NCBI GenBank assembly: GCA_008632985.1
Contig: QPGO01000086.1
Coordinates: 124,001 to 188,000 of the forward strand
Source: Psammoneis japonica
Lineage: Eukaryota
DNA: 64,000 nt
Reading direction: 5' to 3'
Shown here: in pieces, positions 1 through 18,813 of the stretch
Layout: every line of letters starts with the position of its first letter
Numbering within the stretch: the first letter of the stretch is position 1
Translations under genes and position numbers: made by a program
The notes under the pieces: model-generated
Database searches by the model: none
Told to the model about the DNA's origin: nothing
Seen by the model: the letters and a program-made list of their open reading frames with translations, nothing else

Positions 1-299
1 TATTCTTCTCGTTTCGTGTCGTTGTCCTCTTGCGCCATGATGCAACCAACAAGAATTCCTGCGATACGGTGGTAATAATTCGGAATCTGCCCCTCTTGTT
101 CTCGCTTCAAGGCGTTTACCATGACTTCAAAAAAACCAGCATCAAGTAGATATTGGGGAACTATTCTGTCGCCGTCAAACAACGCTTTGCGAATATCTTC
201 CACGGCTGCACGCGACTTTTTCGGAGCAGTGGGGTTTCGAATCTCTTCGAGCTGTGCAAGGAGATGCTGCTCTGACGAGGAAGACGTCGTTTTCGTCAT
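1..299 (-). CDS. 5' part of a tandem paralogue of the 775-1518 gene (runs off the window)
   Basis: 1-~310 is near-identical to 1220-~1530; ATG at 299 on the minus strand. Confidence 0.8.
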   Translation of the reverse strand, partial: MTKTTSSSSEQHLLAQLEEIRNPTAPKKSRAAVEDIRKALFDGDRIVPQYLLDAGFFEVMVNALKREQEGQIPNYYHRIAGILVGCIMAQEDNDTKREE

Positions 300-774
300 G
301 GTGATTAGCTCTCAGAATCAATCGAGTTTCTGCAGAAATTTTGTGAGGAGTGAGGAGGTTATCGCGAGTTGGCGGGAGTTCTCTAAAGCGAATTCTTTTG
401 CGCGGCGCGGGCGCGCGCGATCCACGTCGTCTCGTGACTCCTCCTCAAGACGCATTTCCACTCTAGAGTAGAGAGTAGAGTAGGGCTAGCTACTAGAGTG
501 CATTCACGAATATATTCTTGAGATGAAGGATATGGTGTGCAATTGACTTTTAGCGTTACGACGGTAACTTGTGGGCAACCACTAAACATGTCATTTGCCA
601 ACAATGATGAACACGAAGGGCTTACTAGGTTCCAAGTTGAAAGGTCGTTGAACGCGAAACATTACTAGGGCCTAGGCCTCAAACGACATTCGTGAAATTG
701 TTAAATAAGAAGAGCCTGTTCTTGTTAACTGCATAAATCTACATTCCGAAATCATTCGCGCTCTTGCACAGTAT

Positions 775-1518
775 TCAAGCAGCCCGACTGCAATCCGCAT
801 CCGCACAATGATGGTATTCGGAATGTTCAATCATTTCTTTTGCTGTTTCCTCTCCAACCAAACACGTCAGCAAGGCTCGACCACGCCTCTGCACATCTTC
901 CTCATGCGGAAATTTTGTAATTCCATGCCAAACGTGTTGTATAGCTTGTTGGTGTAGTTCTTGCGTTAGAGAATTCCCACCGAGCGAATTTCCCATGAAA
1001 TCGACACACATGCAATAGATCTCCTCATCGCCGCTGTGGTTGCCCATTATGAATAGAATTCCCTGGAAAATTTGCATAAAGACGTCTCGGCCTTTTTGGC
1101 AGTGGACCAAGGAAAAGAAGAGTCCAATTACCGATTTCATCATGGATGCGTCGTCTTCAAACCGATGCATGAGAAACAAGGTGCTTTCGAGACCACCTTT
1201 GTCAAGCACTTTGTTCGCGTATTCTTCTCGTTTCGTGTCGTTGTCCTCTTGCGCCATGATGCAACCAACAAGAATTCCTGCGATACGGTGGTAATAATTC
1301 GGAATCTGCCCCTCTTGTTCTCGCTTCAAGGCGTTTACCATGACTTCAAAAAAACCAGCATCAAGTAGATATTTGGGAACATCTCCGTCGCTGCCAAGCC
1401 ACGCTTTGCGAATATCTTCCGCGGCCGCACGTGACTTTTCTGGAGCAGTGGGGTTTCGAATCTCTTCGAGCTGTGCAAGTAGATGCTGCTCTGACGAGGA
1501 AGACGTCGTTTCCGTCAT
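775..1518 (-). CDS. Hypothetical helical protein, possibly armadillo-like (247 aa)
   Basis: Intact ORF; ARM-like segments LLDAGFFEVMVNAL and VLDKGGLESTLFLM; duplicated upstream. Confidence 0.7.
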   Translation of the reverse strand: MTETTSSSSEQHLLAQLEEIRNPTAPEKSRAAAEDIRKAWLGSDGDVPKYLLDAGFFEVMVNALKREQEGQIPNYYHRIAGILVGCIMAQEDNDTKREEYANKVLDKGGLESTLFLMHRFEDDASMMKSVIGLFFSLVHCQKGRDVFMQIFQGILFIMGNHSGDEEIYCMCVDFMGNSLGGNSLTQELHQQAIQHVWHGITKFPHEEDVQRRGRALLTCLVGEETAKEMIEHSEYHHCADADCSRAA

Positions 1519-1766
1519 GGTGATTAGCTCAGAAACGAATTCAGTTGCGCGCAGAAATTTTGTGAGGATTTCGCGGGTTGGCGGGAGCTCTATGCGCGAT
1601 CTTTCGCGCGATCCACCTCTCGTGACTCAAGTCGGATTTCACGCTGAGTTCATTCACGAACGCTTGCTCATTTATCTGGCAAAGGCGTCCGCAGTCCGCA
1701 GCGTTGCTTTCAACTTTCATAGAGCCTCAACGCTGATTTTTTTTGGGCGACCATAGTTACTGAAGC

Positions 1767-6004
<4,238 letters not shown>

Positions 6005-6402
6005 GTAGCGGGCAGGAATCATCGTTGTTTAGAATAAACTACAAGTAGTAACCTAGCTACTAGCTTCCGTCTCTGGAAATTGCTCTATCGAAAAGAAAAT
6101 ACTGTAATAAAAAATGTGAAATCAGAATAATTCAAAAATCGTTTTCAATGTAAACGCCTCCGGGTCTTTTTTGGTCGCTGTAGAATGATACTGCCATTTA
6201 ACGTAAGCATTTGTAGTACCATTTCTACGTAGCGCGCGCCCGATTGGCAGCTGAGTAGAAATTCAGTATGTACGCACATACGTGTTTTCCAGTACATGTC
6301 TACAACGCGAACTCAGCACGTTGTGCGACACACACAAAAAAGATCCACCGCGTGGGCGTCAACATTGTCGTTGCGCGCATCGTATTGAATCACCGCCGCT
6401 GA

Positions 6403-8237
<1,835 letters not shown>

Positions 8238-8775
8238 GCGCCGTCGGGCAGCCGCATGGGGTATTTTTAGTTGTGACATTGTAGGACACCTCGGCGCGTT
8301 TCCACCACCTTTTTGTGTGGTTATGAACGCTCTAGCTCGAGGCGTAAAAGAAATTGAGATTTATTTTTTAATCTCACACTGAAGCATATTTACTGTGTAT
8401 GTAGTTGTGGCACTGTAGTATCGGTTGTGAGTGACAGTGCCTTTCCCATTTTTGTCGCAAATTACCAGATGCGAGGATAATCCGAAATCTCGACTTGGTT
8501 CCTCGTGTGGGCTGGTTCCAAGCTTCAACCTCAGCGAACCCATGCTTATGTACTTGTACCTTCCTCTTGAGCTAAACGTTCAAGACACGAGTACGAGCAA
8601 GCTGCAACAGAAAACAGCAATACTTTACGTTTGCTTTCGCCAAGGACGCAGCAATCGCACAGCTACAGTGAAAGCATGTGAATTAAGCCGTTAACCTTTT
8701 CACTACATGTTACAACAGTATCTTGTACACGAATTTCTCTATAGACCTTGTTCTCCATACTGTATGCCCATTATA

Positions 8776-9505
8776 TTACTGGGCAACAGCAGCTGGAGCT
8801 GCCGGTTGCTGTGCCTGTTCAAGCGCCCTGATTCGCTGTTCGAGTTCGAGATTCTTCTTTTCTGCCTGTTCTAACTCTGCCTTGGAACTCTGGATTTCAC
8901 TTTCCTGACGGTAATCCCGGATCTGGTCACCAGCACTATTCATGGCTCCCAAACCGTAACCGAGGCCTGTATTGTTTGAGGAGCAGCAATGTCGGCATTC
9001 ACAATAATTTGAGTACAATCGAAAAAGCTACAAAAGATGAAAATATCATTTCACCATGCTTACCGAATCCACCCATGGGATTGTAACCATAACCATATCC
9101 CATTCCAAACGGCGAAATGACGGGAGGCGCAATCATGGGACGAACAATAGTGGTGCGGCTGTAGGAACGAGACGTGGCAGGTGCACCACGAGCAGGAGCC
9201 GACATGCGAGGTGCGGCACGACCGCCCATGCGTCCACCCGAACGAGCCGCAACAACTTGAGTGCTGCCAAAGTCTGGATTGCTGCTACTAGGCATTGCCA
9301 TGGCAGGATCCGCAGTCATGAGATTCGCCAACAAAAGTCCGGCAGCCACAGCACCAGCCATGCCCTTGCCGTTGTTGTTGTTTGCCATGTTGAGCTCGGT
9401 CGAGACAGCTCGGTGAGCAGGAGAGTTGATGGGAGCAAACGCCGAAACGCCCGGCATTGCCAAGGCCAGTACGGCAAGCGAGAGAGTAACCTTACGGAAC
9501 ACCAT
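8776..9505 (-). CDS. Plastid-targeted small protein (exons 9505-9064, 8966-8776) with a DUF1517-like RSGGRMGG motif and a coiled-coil tail
   Basis: Signal peptide ending VSA-FAP (diatom ASAFAP motif), second hydrophobic segment ending PAMA; in-frame GT-AG intron. Confidence 0.75.
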
Positions 9506-10013
9506 GGTTACTTGTGTCTATTTGTTGCACTTTGCAATGATACAGCCAACAGACTCAGAAATAGCAGATAGTCGCAGAAATGCAACGTGACGCGCTCGTG
9601 ACACCATTGGGCAAGTCGACTGAGTCAGCACCTTTGAAGCTCCGCAACTGTTCATTCGTTTCGCGCGACCTTTCCGCAAGACTCAAATTCTAGAGTGCCA
9701 GTCACCCGTCATTCGCAGCAACGGAAATGAGCGAACCCTGTTGCATTTCTTAACGATGACTAAAAAAATATTTCAGTCTTGCCTTTGCTGCCTTTTGCTT
9801 GGTTTCAGCAACGTGCCCAAATGGTGCAGAGCAAGATGCGCAGCAAACCCAGAGGATGGCTTTGTCCAGTGCTCTTTTGCCACAAGTGCAATGGCCGTGT
9901 GCAACACACAGCTACTAATGAGAGTCAATGTATCACGGCGACGTGTTACAGCCTTTAAATGTCACAAAGGGCGTGACAAAAACAACCTTTTGTCTGCATG
10001 CACACTGCATTAT

Positions 10014-10081
10014 GAATTCATAGCGGAGTGGTACATCGTAACCACCAGGCAGGAGGCCAGGGGTTCGAAACCCGAGTGGGA
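10014..10081 (+). other. tRNA-like or SINE-head sequence with Pol III A and B boxes
   Basis: TAGCGGAGTGG at 10021 and GGTTCGAAACC at 10062; stems pair poorly, so not a functional tRNA. Confidence 0.4.
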
Positions 10082-11949
10082 GTTGTCTGCAGCAACGTTG
10101 ATCACTGTCGAACGCGTAAAACTCTGTGCAGTTCTGTATGTTCCTTCGTACGTACCCACACTGTTCCGCCAAAACCGTGCAGTGTCAGTGCACGTTANAT
10201 TTAACAGGTTGTGAGATGCATCTCCCCCAAGCGTGTGCATGCTCAACTTGTTGAACAGACAAGTCAATGTTGCCAAAAGGAAATCTTCTGAGGTTCCTTG
10301 TGCTGCTCCTCATTCCACTTGTTCTGGTGTGGTTTGTCTGGAGGAAGCTCTCAAGAAACTCCAATCTTGTGATGTGACAGGTGCCTGCTGATCCACAACA
10401 CAATTTGTGTGAACCAGATGAGTCACTCGAAAGAGTGAGACAAAAGAAGGTTGGTGAGATCAGTGACAAGTGCCCGCTCATTTCCAAAATGTCGCCCAAC
10501 TGACCACACGTCAGAGGTCAGAGGATCCAAAGCATTTTCTCTTTGACAGATCTGCTTCTGGGTCTCTCACATTTTAAACTCATTCCAGATGATCCAGCAA
10601 ATGTTCTGCCTTCATGTGGTCCATGTTTGTCAGAGTCATTGTGGCCTTGTGGCTCGTCAGTCTGCTTGGGACTCTTGGCATCACTGCCACTCACTTCTGG
10701 GCTCTCAATGTCCTGTGACTTGCAAACACATGGACACGCGCACTTGCCACCATTGCTGCAATCAATCAAATCATCGAGTGCACATGCAGCTCACAAACAC
10801 TCATCACAAAGTGCTCCACATGGGTGTGATGACGTTGCTCTTTTTTTGTTGTCATTTTCCAACATCCAAGCCGGTCCATGCCCCAGCTGTTGACTGTCTC
10901 TGGAGTCCGATCCAGAGGCGACACATCAGCACAGTGCCGCTTCTCAAGAATGAGTGGTCATTGGGTCTCATGGCAGAAAAGTGCTGCTGCCAAGTTCCTG
11001 GCCTCACAAACAACTCCTTTGACATCCACCACAAGCCCAAATTGCTCTCGTTTGTTCTCAGAATCAACACCCTGGAGTTTCATGAGGGGTCCACAGACCC
11101 CACTCTCACTCTCATGCCAAAGGCAGGAAAACTGACATTCAACTTGTGATGCAACATGTTTGTGCCACACTTGTCAAAGCACAGACAGTCTTTTCCTCTT
11201 GCTCTGGCCCACCACTTGGGTGCCAAATGCTGCTTGTTGATTGGAGATCAACCCTTTGTGCAAGTGTGCTTGTTCTGTCTCTGAAATCAGCTCCCAGGAC
11301 CTGCCAAATGCCGTGGTCTTTTGTGCAGCAGTGACATGTTCCACTGCCAGAGATGCAATCTCTTTGTTGCCCATGATGGAGAACACTGGTGTGGCAGCTT
11401 TGGGATGTTCAAGCACTTCCCAACTTGTGCTCATTTCTGTCAGGGTCTCTGACAGCTTCTTCATTTTGTGGCACCTCTGCAGCCACAGGGCTCTCCACTG
11501 ACCTTGTCCTCCCATTCCCCACATTGGGAACACTGGCACAGATCCTTGACCTTTGTTCTCTCATGTGAGCTCTTGACTTCACATGTGTCAGTGGCCATTG
11601 CAATGAATTTAAAGGCTGGGGTGGAATGTCATCCCCTCCTCACACACTGCTCTCCCACAATCCTGAGCCCTTGCATGTGCTCCTTGTTGTGCTGTGCAAA
11701 TCTCGCATGCTCTTGCAGCTTTGCAAGGTTGTGGAACCTGCCTCAATGGTCCCACAGCTGCCAGTGGGTGTGGACATCATTGCTGCTTTGCAGCTCAAAT
11801 TTGCAGCTGTCAATCACCTTGCATGGTTGCTCTGACATCACAGTTGTCAGTTGTCTCCACCATCAATTGACTGCAGCCAGAGATTGTGGTTGTTGTTGAG
11901 CTGTTCAGTTTGGTGTGTCAGGGATTTTTCTCCCACGTGCATCAGAAAT

Positions 11950-13700
11950 TCTCATCTGACATCACAAAGAACAGGTCTCATGCCTGTTGTGCCTGAAGTG
12001 AACAGCCTGTGATGGCCTGTTTTAACTTCCAAAACTTCTTGCCTTGTGATGGCTTGGTCATGGTCTCCAAGCATGTTGTCAGCAGAACAATGCCATGCTT
12101 GTGAGTTGCCCTTCTTGGTCTGATCGGCAACAAAGAAATGGCAAATGTTGAGTGCTTGTGACCAGCACTTGCTGGCCCTCTTGCAACCACCAGTCTCCAG
12201 TGGGATGGTGCTCTTGTTGTCCTGGCGCTGGATGTTCTTGTTGATTGGGGGTGCCCTTGGTGTTCCATGAACAGCTTGGTCCACAGTGTCACAGCAGTCA
12301 TGGCATTGTCAACTCCAACAAGCTCAGCTTCTGTGATGCTTTGGGTGCTGAGCTGCTGGCGGTGCTTTGAGATGGCCTGCACTGCTTCTCACCCATTGTC
12401 ATGACTCCTCTGGTGTGGCTCTTGAAATTGGGATGCACTGCAAATGATGCATTCCACATGCTGCCACTGCCTTGACAACTCAGAGGTCTTTTGTGCTCAA
12501 CTCATGGACTTGTCTTCATTTCTCATCTGGCTTGCGCACTTGAGACAATGGACTGGCTTCTCCCAATCCTTGTTGGCGGGAGCTCTCACTCATGTGCACA
12601 ACACAGTGATGGTGGGATGCACATCTGCTTGCCCTCTCTTGGACAGGAACAGCCCGTTGGCCACTCACATGTGGAAGGTCTGACAAGCCTTCACCTCTGA
12701 CAATGTTTTCCCACCAGCAGTGTCAAATGTCTTCTCTCTGGCTGGTGTCATGGCAGTGTCCATGCTCTTTGTCTTTTCCGGAAATTGATCAATCACCCTG
12801 CAAACATGGTCAACCACATTGACTCTCACTTTGTCCTTCTGTCTGAAGTCTGGGGTCATGCCAAGACAGTCATGTCTCTTCCCTCACGCAGAGATGACTT
12901 GCCACCATGGCTGTGCCACACATCTCTTGTTCAGCCAGCTCAGAAACTTGTTGTTTGCTTTTGGGTTCTTGTGGCTTGACAGCAAGTTGTGCACATGAGA
13001 TCTGACAGTGTTGCTGTTTGACCACACAATTGGCAATGCATGGATTGCATGGGGGGTTGAACTTAAAAACCACATCTTCTCCAAGTCTTTGTAGAGTTTG
13101 TTTTGTGCCACAACACAGCCATGACAAGCACACCACAGATGGCTCTGATGACTTGGATGCAATGCACTCTTTTCCATTTCTCTCTGAGACCACACAAGGC
13201 TTGCACAGGTTGGGCACTCATGCAATTTTCATCATGATCCAGTCTTTGTCTTCTCCAGACCCCAGCATCACAGTCTGTGCAAATGTGCTTGCAGATTGTC
13301 AGCACTCATTTTGTTGCATCCTTTGTGGGTGTTGACAATCATCATCATCAATGTCCCTTCCAGGGATGCAGCAGGGCAGGCCAACTCATCTTTTCCAGCC
13401 ACGGTCAGGCCAGTTTGCCATTTTGGTGGGCCATTCACCCTTTTGTGTGACTGTCTTGTTTCTTGGCAAGGAACATCAAGGCTGCCATGGCCTTGGTCCT
13501 TTCAGTCAAGGTGACATCCTTGGCTGATGCTGGCGCTGAGCATGCTCAGTTGCGCGATTGTTCAATCTCTTCTCTGAGGCATCATGCGCCTTCTGGCCAA
13601 TCACTTTGAGGCCTTCATGGAGCAAATGTTGCTGGGCAAAACACATGTGCCCTCTCCACTCCAGAGCAGTCAGTTGTCAATCTCACACATGAAGAACAAA
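11950..13700 (-). mobile_element. Degraded Ty1/Copia (CoDi-like) RT-RNase H remnant; limits approximate
   Basis: STQSITEAELVGVDN..LWTKLFMEHQG, QDNKSTIPLE, HCSADNMLGD, FNPPCNPCIAN resemble Copia RNase H and RT motifs. Confidence 0.8.
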
Positions 13701-15123
13701 AGTGCCATTGCTCTCCCTGCTTCAGACCCACACTTGATGTTGTCCTTCAGATTGGGGCTCACATGGTCGCTGCACTCATGCTTGCATCACTTTTTCACCA
13801 CTTTGCTGGCTTCTGCCACTCCTCCTGCAAATCAAACTTTCTTCTCCATGTGTTTGTGCGACTTCATGTCAAAGGATGCACTGCTTCTTGGGGTTCTGCC
13901 AGGTGCGTGGCTCTTGCTTCTTCCTCCAATCATTGCACTTCCCATCTCTGTTGTGCTCCACAGAAATGGATCACCATCACACTGTTGGAGGAGAGTTTCC
14001 AGGCCTGTTTTTGCCATGGAAATCACAAGAGAGTGTCAGTGTGGACCCAGAGAAAAATTTGAAAGGCTGTTGTGAAGGATGCAAAGTGGGAGGACACATG
14101 CTGTCCTGTTTGACAAGCGGTTGACTCTGCTTTTGTTTAATTTTCATGTGATGCCTCGGAGGAAAGTGGATCTTGATGAGCCCTGCAAAACACCACAACC
14201 AATCTCTGGCAGCTCCTTTTGTCCCAAGAAGCCAAGCACCACTGCCATCAATGATTGGATGTCCAAGGATGCAGAGCTGCCACAGAGGTGGATGAGAGCA
14301 CAGAGAGGATGGACCTGATGAAACGAGTGTGTGGCCAGTGCACATTGCATCCAGCAAACAAGGAGATTGTGGTTGGTGATGACAACACTGGGGGAGCTTT
14401 TTGTGACAACAAGCCGCACCCTCCAAACTTGGTTGCAATGCATGCCAGTGTCCAGACAGGGCTTGGTGTCCTGCAAACAGGGAACAATTTTGGGGACAAC
14501 ATCAATCTTTTGAATTGGCGGGCGGCAATTGCAATGGCTTGATGACAGCTGGCAAGAGTTCAGTGGAGGTTGTTGATGAGACCACCCTGCTTGTGCCAAA
14601 AAGACTTGGTTCTGCTCTGAACTCTGAACTGAGTGGAGAAGACATTGTGTCATTTGAGCAAGCTGCAGCAGATGCACTCAACAAGGGAGTGTGTGATGCG
14701 CGAGCAGGTTTGGGTTGGTGCCACCATGCGTGCATCATGTGGATGACAACATGTGTGCAGACATGTCAGACACCACCCAAATTTGTGGCTGCACTTGCTG
14801 TTTTTCACCAGGGTGAAGCACGGTGAAATTCAGGAAAAATCATGCAAAACATGAGCCATTTGGCCAAATTTGGAGCTAAAAAAGCAGCAACCGGGGCCAC
14901 CCTGGACTTTCCCGCCAAAACCACAAGCAGTGGTGTGTGTCAGAGCACATTGACTCAACAATGGCAAACAACACCAATCATTCTGATTAGTTTTGCTTTT
15001 GTTTGAGAGTGATCTCATCTGCACTGGCACTCATTTCGGTGGTGCCAGCAGGACGTTGCTGGATGTTGGTGGGCATTGCTGCATTCTGGCTGGCAACAAA
15101 ATGCATGAGCGAAGAGTGTTTTT

Positions 15124-16356
15124 GTGTGTGACGGCAGGCTCATCAGGCAACCCAAGAAGCAGGATGAGTTGTTGCTGGCCACCCAGAAGCATCCCAACAA
15201 TGAGATTGTGTTTTGTCCATGGGGCTCAAAAGGAAGTGAGAAAAGCAGTCTTGACGTGCTCCAGCTCCAGGTGGGACCTCACACTGCTGAGCTGTGTGAC
15301 ATCAACAGTTTTTTGGATCATGCTGCATGTCACACATGCAGAAAGGTGCGTGACTTTTGTGAAAATGTGTGTCATTTTGCGGCACACGTGTTGGGCAATC
15401 CGTCCAACAACTTTTGACATTTTTTGTCACAGCACAATTCTACAATGTCTTAAGAATTGCATGGGGCAGGTGCATTTGCAAAAATGTCAAGTGGCAAGAG
15501 GCGCAATTGTGCCACAAACTTGGCCATTTGTTTGATGTTGAAGACAAACACATCCATCAATTAAATTCTTGCACTGCGGAGCTCACACGCAGAACTCTGT
15601 GGGCCCAATGTCATGTGGAGTCCCACCTGGGACTGGAGCCCGTCTCTTGTGCGACATGCCTCAATGGGTTGACCAGGTGCAATCGAAACTAAAATGTCAA
15701 AAAAGTCTGCCAACGATGCTTCAGCGGAGCTTGTGGAGGAAGATGTGTTTGCAGCATGTTGGGTTCAACCCATTGTGGTCATTTCCCTGGAGCCAAGATG
15801 CAATGGCAAGGTTTTGGATGCTGTTCTCACGATGTGTAAAATCCTGTCCTGCAAAAGCAGCTGGAAGATGTGCAGATTTTTGGCAAATCTGTCATGTTTG
15901 AGAGTGGCAATTGACTTGTCAATTCACGTGCTCGACCTCCGATGTGTTGGGGTCCACAGCAGCAATTTCTCCAACAAAGAGGCCCTGGATTACATGACTG
16001 AGTGGGTGCATTCTTTTTCCAACAAAAGGCACAGAAACCAAACAGCACGGCATGTTGTTGAGGTTTTTGATGGACATGTGCTGACACTTCAAAGGGCATG
16101 CATGCTTCTTTGGGAAGGAAAGCCTGGTGATGAGCAGGATCTCAATGCTCGAATGAAAAAAGCAAATGAACTGGAAATGGAGAAAGCTGCCAATGGTTGG
16201 ATGTTGGGTTCACTTGGCCCTTCCTGTGACACAGCAGCGGTTGAAGAGCTTGTTGCTGTGTTGTTGAAGGGACCTCAGAATGTTGAAGTGCCGCTGTCCC
16301 CAAGATGCGTGGGCTCTTCAACACTGGTGCAGGATGCCATCCTCTTGTTGCGCTGA
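15124..16356 (+). pseudogene. Degraded P-loop ATPase-like gene interrupted by a MITE
   Basis: Walker-A-like GSKGSEKSSL immediately before the MITE; the same frame resumes at 15649 and, after one TGA, joins the 15694-16356 ORF. Confidence 0.45.
15253..15644. mobile_element. MITE family A, heavily mutated copy
   Basis: TIRs GACGTGCTCCAG..AGGTGGGAC / GTCCCACCT..CTGGAGCCCGTC; TSD TCTT (15249-52, 15645-48); aligns with 55278-55667. Confidence 0.9.
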
Positions 16357-17469
16357 TCCATTTGAAACCAAAGTGTCCTTGAGGGGGAAAGCAATTGCAA
16401 CTGCACTTTCTAAGAAATCACACATGCTGGCTGGCAATGCCAGATTTAAGACCAGAAAATTGAGTGTCGCCCAACACGGGCATGGGCCCCTCTCTTGGCA
16501 AACAACAATTCATTGTTTCAAATTCTGCACTCATGCTCAAAGCCCCAGCAGCCAGGGTGTGTGCACTGCTGGAAGAAGATGGCCGGTCAATTTGCCAATC
16601 CCCAGTGCTTCAGGCGGGGCACATGCTGGGTGCTGCTGATGAGCTTTGCTCATGGTCTCATCCTGAAAGAGATGGGCCACAACACCACTGCTGCAGAGCA
16701 GTCGTCAGGAGAGCGGGAAGCTGTGCCCCCTCCCGTGCTTTTGCCATTGTGTTCTCCCTCTGTGCACATCTTGCTGCTGCCAAATCAGATCTCACACAGG
16801 CAGCAAAAACCAAATTCTTTCACAAAATCTGTGTTTGGTCAGTTTCTGCTTTGTGATTTTCAGCATGAGAAGGGAGAAGGAGGCTGCTGGGCACACTGTG
16901 GAGTTGAGACATGCTGCGCTTTGATGCATGATTTCCAACCTCCAGCAGCCCCAAACCATGACCTGACCACCACAACTTGCTGTTGCACACATGCTGCATG
17001 TGCAGCACTGTTAAAAATGAGAGTGAAATGACCAAAAGTTTGCAACAACAGCAGTGGCAAATCAACAACAGCCCACCAACAATGTCAGTCAATGGGCACA
17101 GTGACTTTTGAGAAACAAATTGATGCAGGCCCCAAAAAAGGAAGAGCTGAGTGACTCTGATCACTTCACTAAAAATCTGCACACATTTGAAACACAATGT
17201 TCACTGTGAATTGCTCTGCAGGTTCTTGACCCCACTTGTCAACAATGATCAAAATCAAAAACACAAGAGGGACAAAATGTTTGCCCATCACAGCAAAACA
17301 TGCTTCACCACAGCTTGCAAAAACACCTGCAATTGAGCATCAAGCTGAGACAATTTGGAAGCTGGTTTGCACACAAAAAATGGGAACCCCCCCCCCTCGC
17401 CACTTGATTTTGGGTGAGACTGTGCACAAAACTCCAAGAACGAATGACTCTTTGGGCTGTCACCCCACT

Positions 17470-18400
17470 GCTGCACACTTTGTCATTGACAGCTGTTGTG
17501 AGACACTCACAGCAACTTTGCAATTGACACCTTCTCTCATTTTTTTGTCTGTGTGTCATGTCATGGGCCAGCTTCTCCACTCCTCTGCTCTCACCACCCC
17601 CTGCACCAAGATCCTTGTGAAATGAGCAGTTCTCATTTGAATTTGCCACCCCATTTGATGGCAGCTCTGTTTGTGACCAGCAGCTCCATCATTGGGGTCA
17701 ATTTGGCAGCACTCTAAGAAGAAAGCCGCTTGCTTGCTTGCCAGAAATGGAGAAACACACCACCTCAGAAACAGAAAAATGCCATGGCTCAGGGGCTCAG
17801 AATCCTGGCTTTGCTGGCTCTGAGCATCACTGTGAAGAGAAAGAGTTTGTCAAGTCACCCATGATTCCTGATTTTCGCTGACATGCCAAAGCTGTGATGT
17901 GCTCATGAGTTCAAGGTGATGAAGGAGGCTGAATTGTGTGCAATTGTTGCTCCTCATGTGTGTTGTGCTCCTGAAGCTTCATCTAAAAAAGAAAACATTG
18001 TTCAGGAAAGGGCACCACAGAATGTTCTGGGAGGTGCAGTTGTGAAAGCTCTCCTCAGACCCAATGTGCTTTTTGGATGTTTTTGTCTGCACGGCACAGA
18101 GAGCGAGAGGTGTTTGACCCATGCTGTTTGAAGACTTGCAATGCCAGATGCTAGCATGGCATTGGTTGGTGGCACATTTTGAGCTGCAGGTCAGAGAGCA
18201 ATGGCACCAGCCACAGCAACAATTTGGAGAAAGAAATCAAGGTGTGCAGCCCTGCTTCCTTCAGCCAACGGGCACGCGATTGTGAGTCAGAAGCTGTGGG
18301 TGGCTGTGGCTCCCTGGCTGCTGTGCGCAGATCGCAAACCAGCTGCTGAAGATGTGATGGTTTTTGTTTGGATGGGTGTTGACTTCACTTGATTTGGTGC
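17470..18400 (+). pseudogene. Degraded duplicate of the proline dehydrogenase upstream region and 5' CDS
   Basis: Shares blocks with ~25145-25900, e.g. TTGACACCTTCTC, CAGAAATGGAGAAACAC, AGTTTGTCAAGTCACCCAT, AAGCTCTCCTCAGA, TTGAAGACTTGC. Confidence 0.85.
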
Positions 18401-18813
18401 CAGGTTGTGGTGACTTGTGACTCTGTCAATTTTCTCCAACACGTGTGACTGAAATCCAGCTTCGAACACCTGCCATGTGGGTGTGTGAGCAAACAGAAGG
18501 ACGCACGGTGTGTCACATTGTCGCGCGCGCGCTGCTTTGTGCCTTTTTGTTCCAGAGCAACACTGCAGCGACAACCATTGGAGGAAAACCTTTGTGTCAA
18601 ACAAAGGAAGTAAATGAGAATAGATGAGCAGACAAGAGAGCTTGTGGAAGAGATTGGAAGCGTTGATCTCTTAGGAGTAGAAGTGAACGTCGAGTGGAGC
18701 CTCGAAACATTCTCAATTATTTATTTCCCCGCTGATACAACAGCATTGTAGGAGTGCTGTGCGATCAACGGCAACAGCATCTCGTTTATTCTTTTCTTTT
18801 GACTACTATCGCC

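Larger units (their letters stand above)
10200..18620. other. Hypermutated domain depleted of TpA and CpG, enriched in TG/CA
   Basis: TA very rare over about 8.4 kb; ORFs in all frames are Cys/His-rich and almost Tyr-free. Confidence 0.9.

Noticed and set aside
10014..10081. Functional tRNA gene
   Set aside because: Acceptor and T stems do not pair properly; kept only as a Pol III-box element.
10200..11900. Identity of the leftmost degraded block, also 13750-15100 and 16400-17450
   Set aside because: Too mutated to assign by eye; would need in-silico reversion of TG/CA and a profile search.
10185..18627. Dozens of overlapping Cys/His-rich ORFs that look like metal-binding proteins
   Set aside because: By-product of TpA loss (TAA/TAG removed, TGY/CAY gained); they occur in all six frames.
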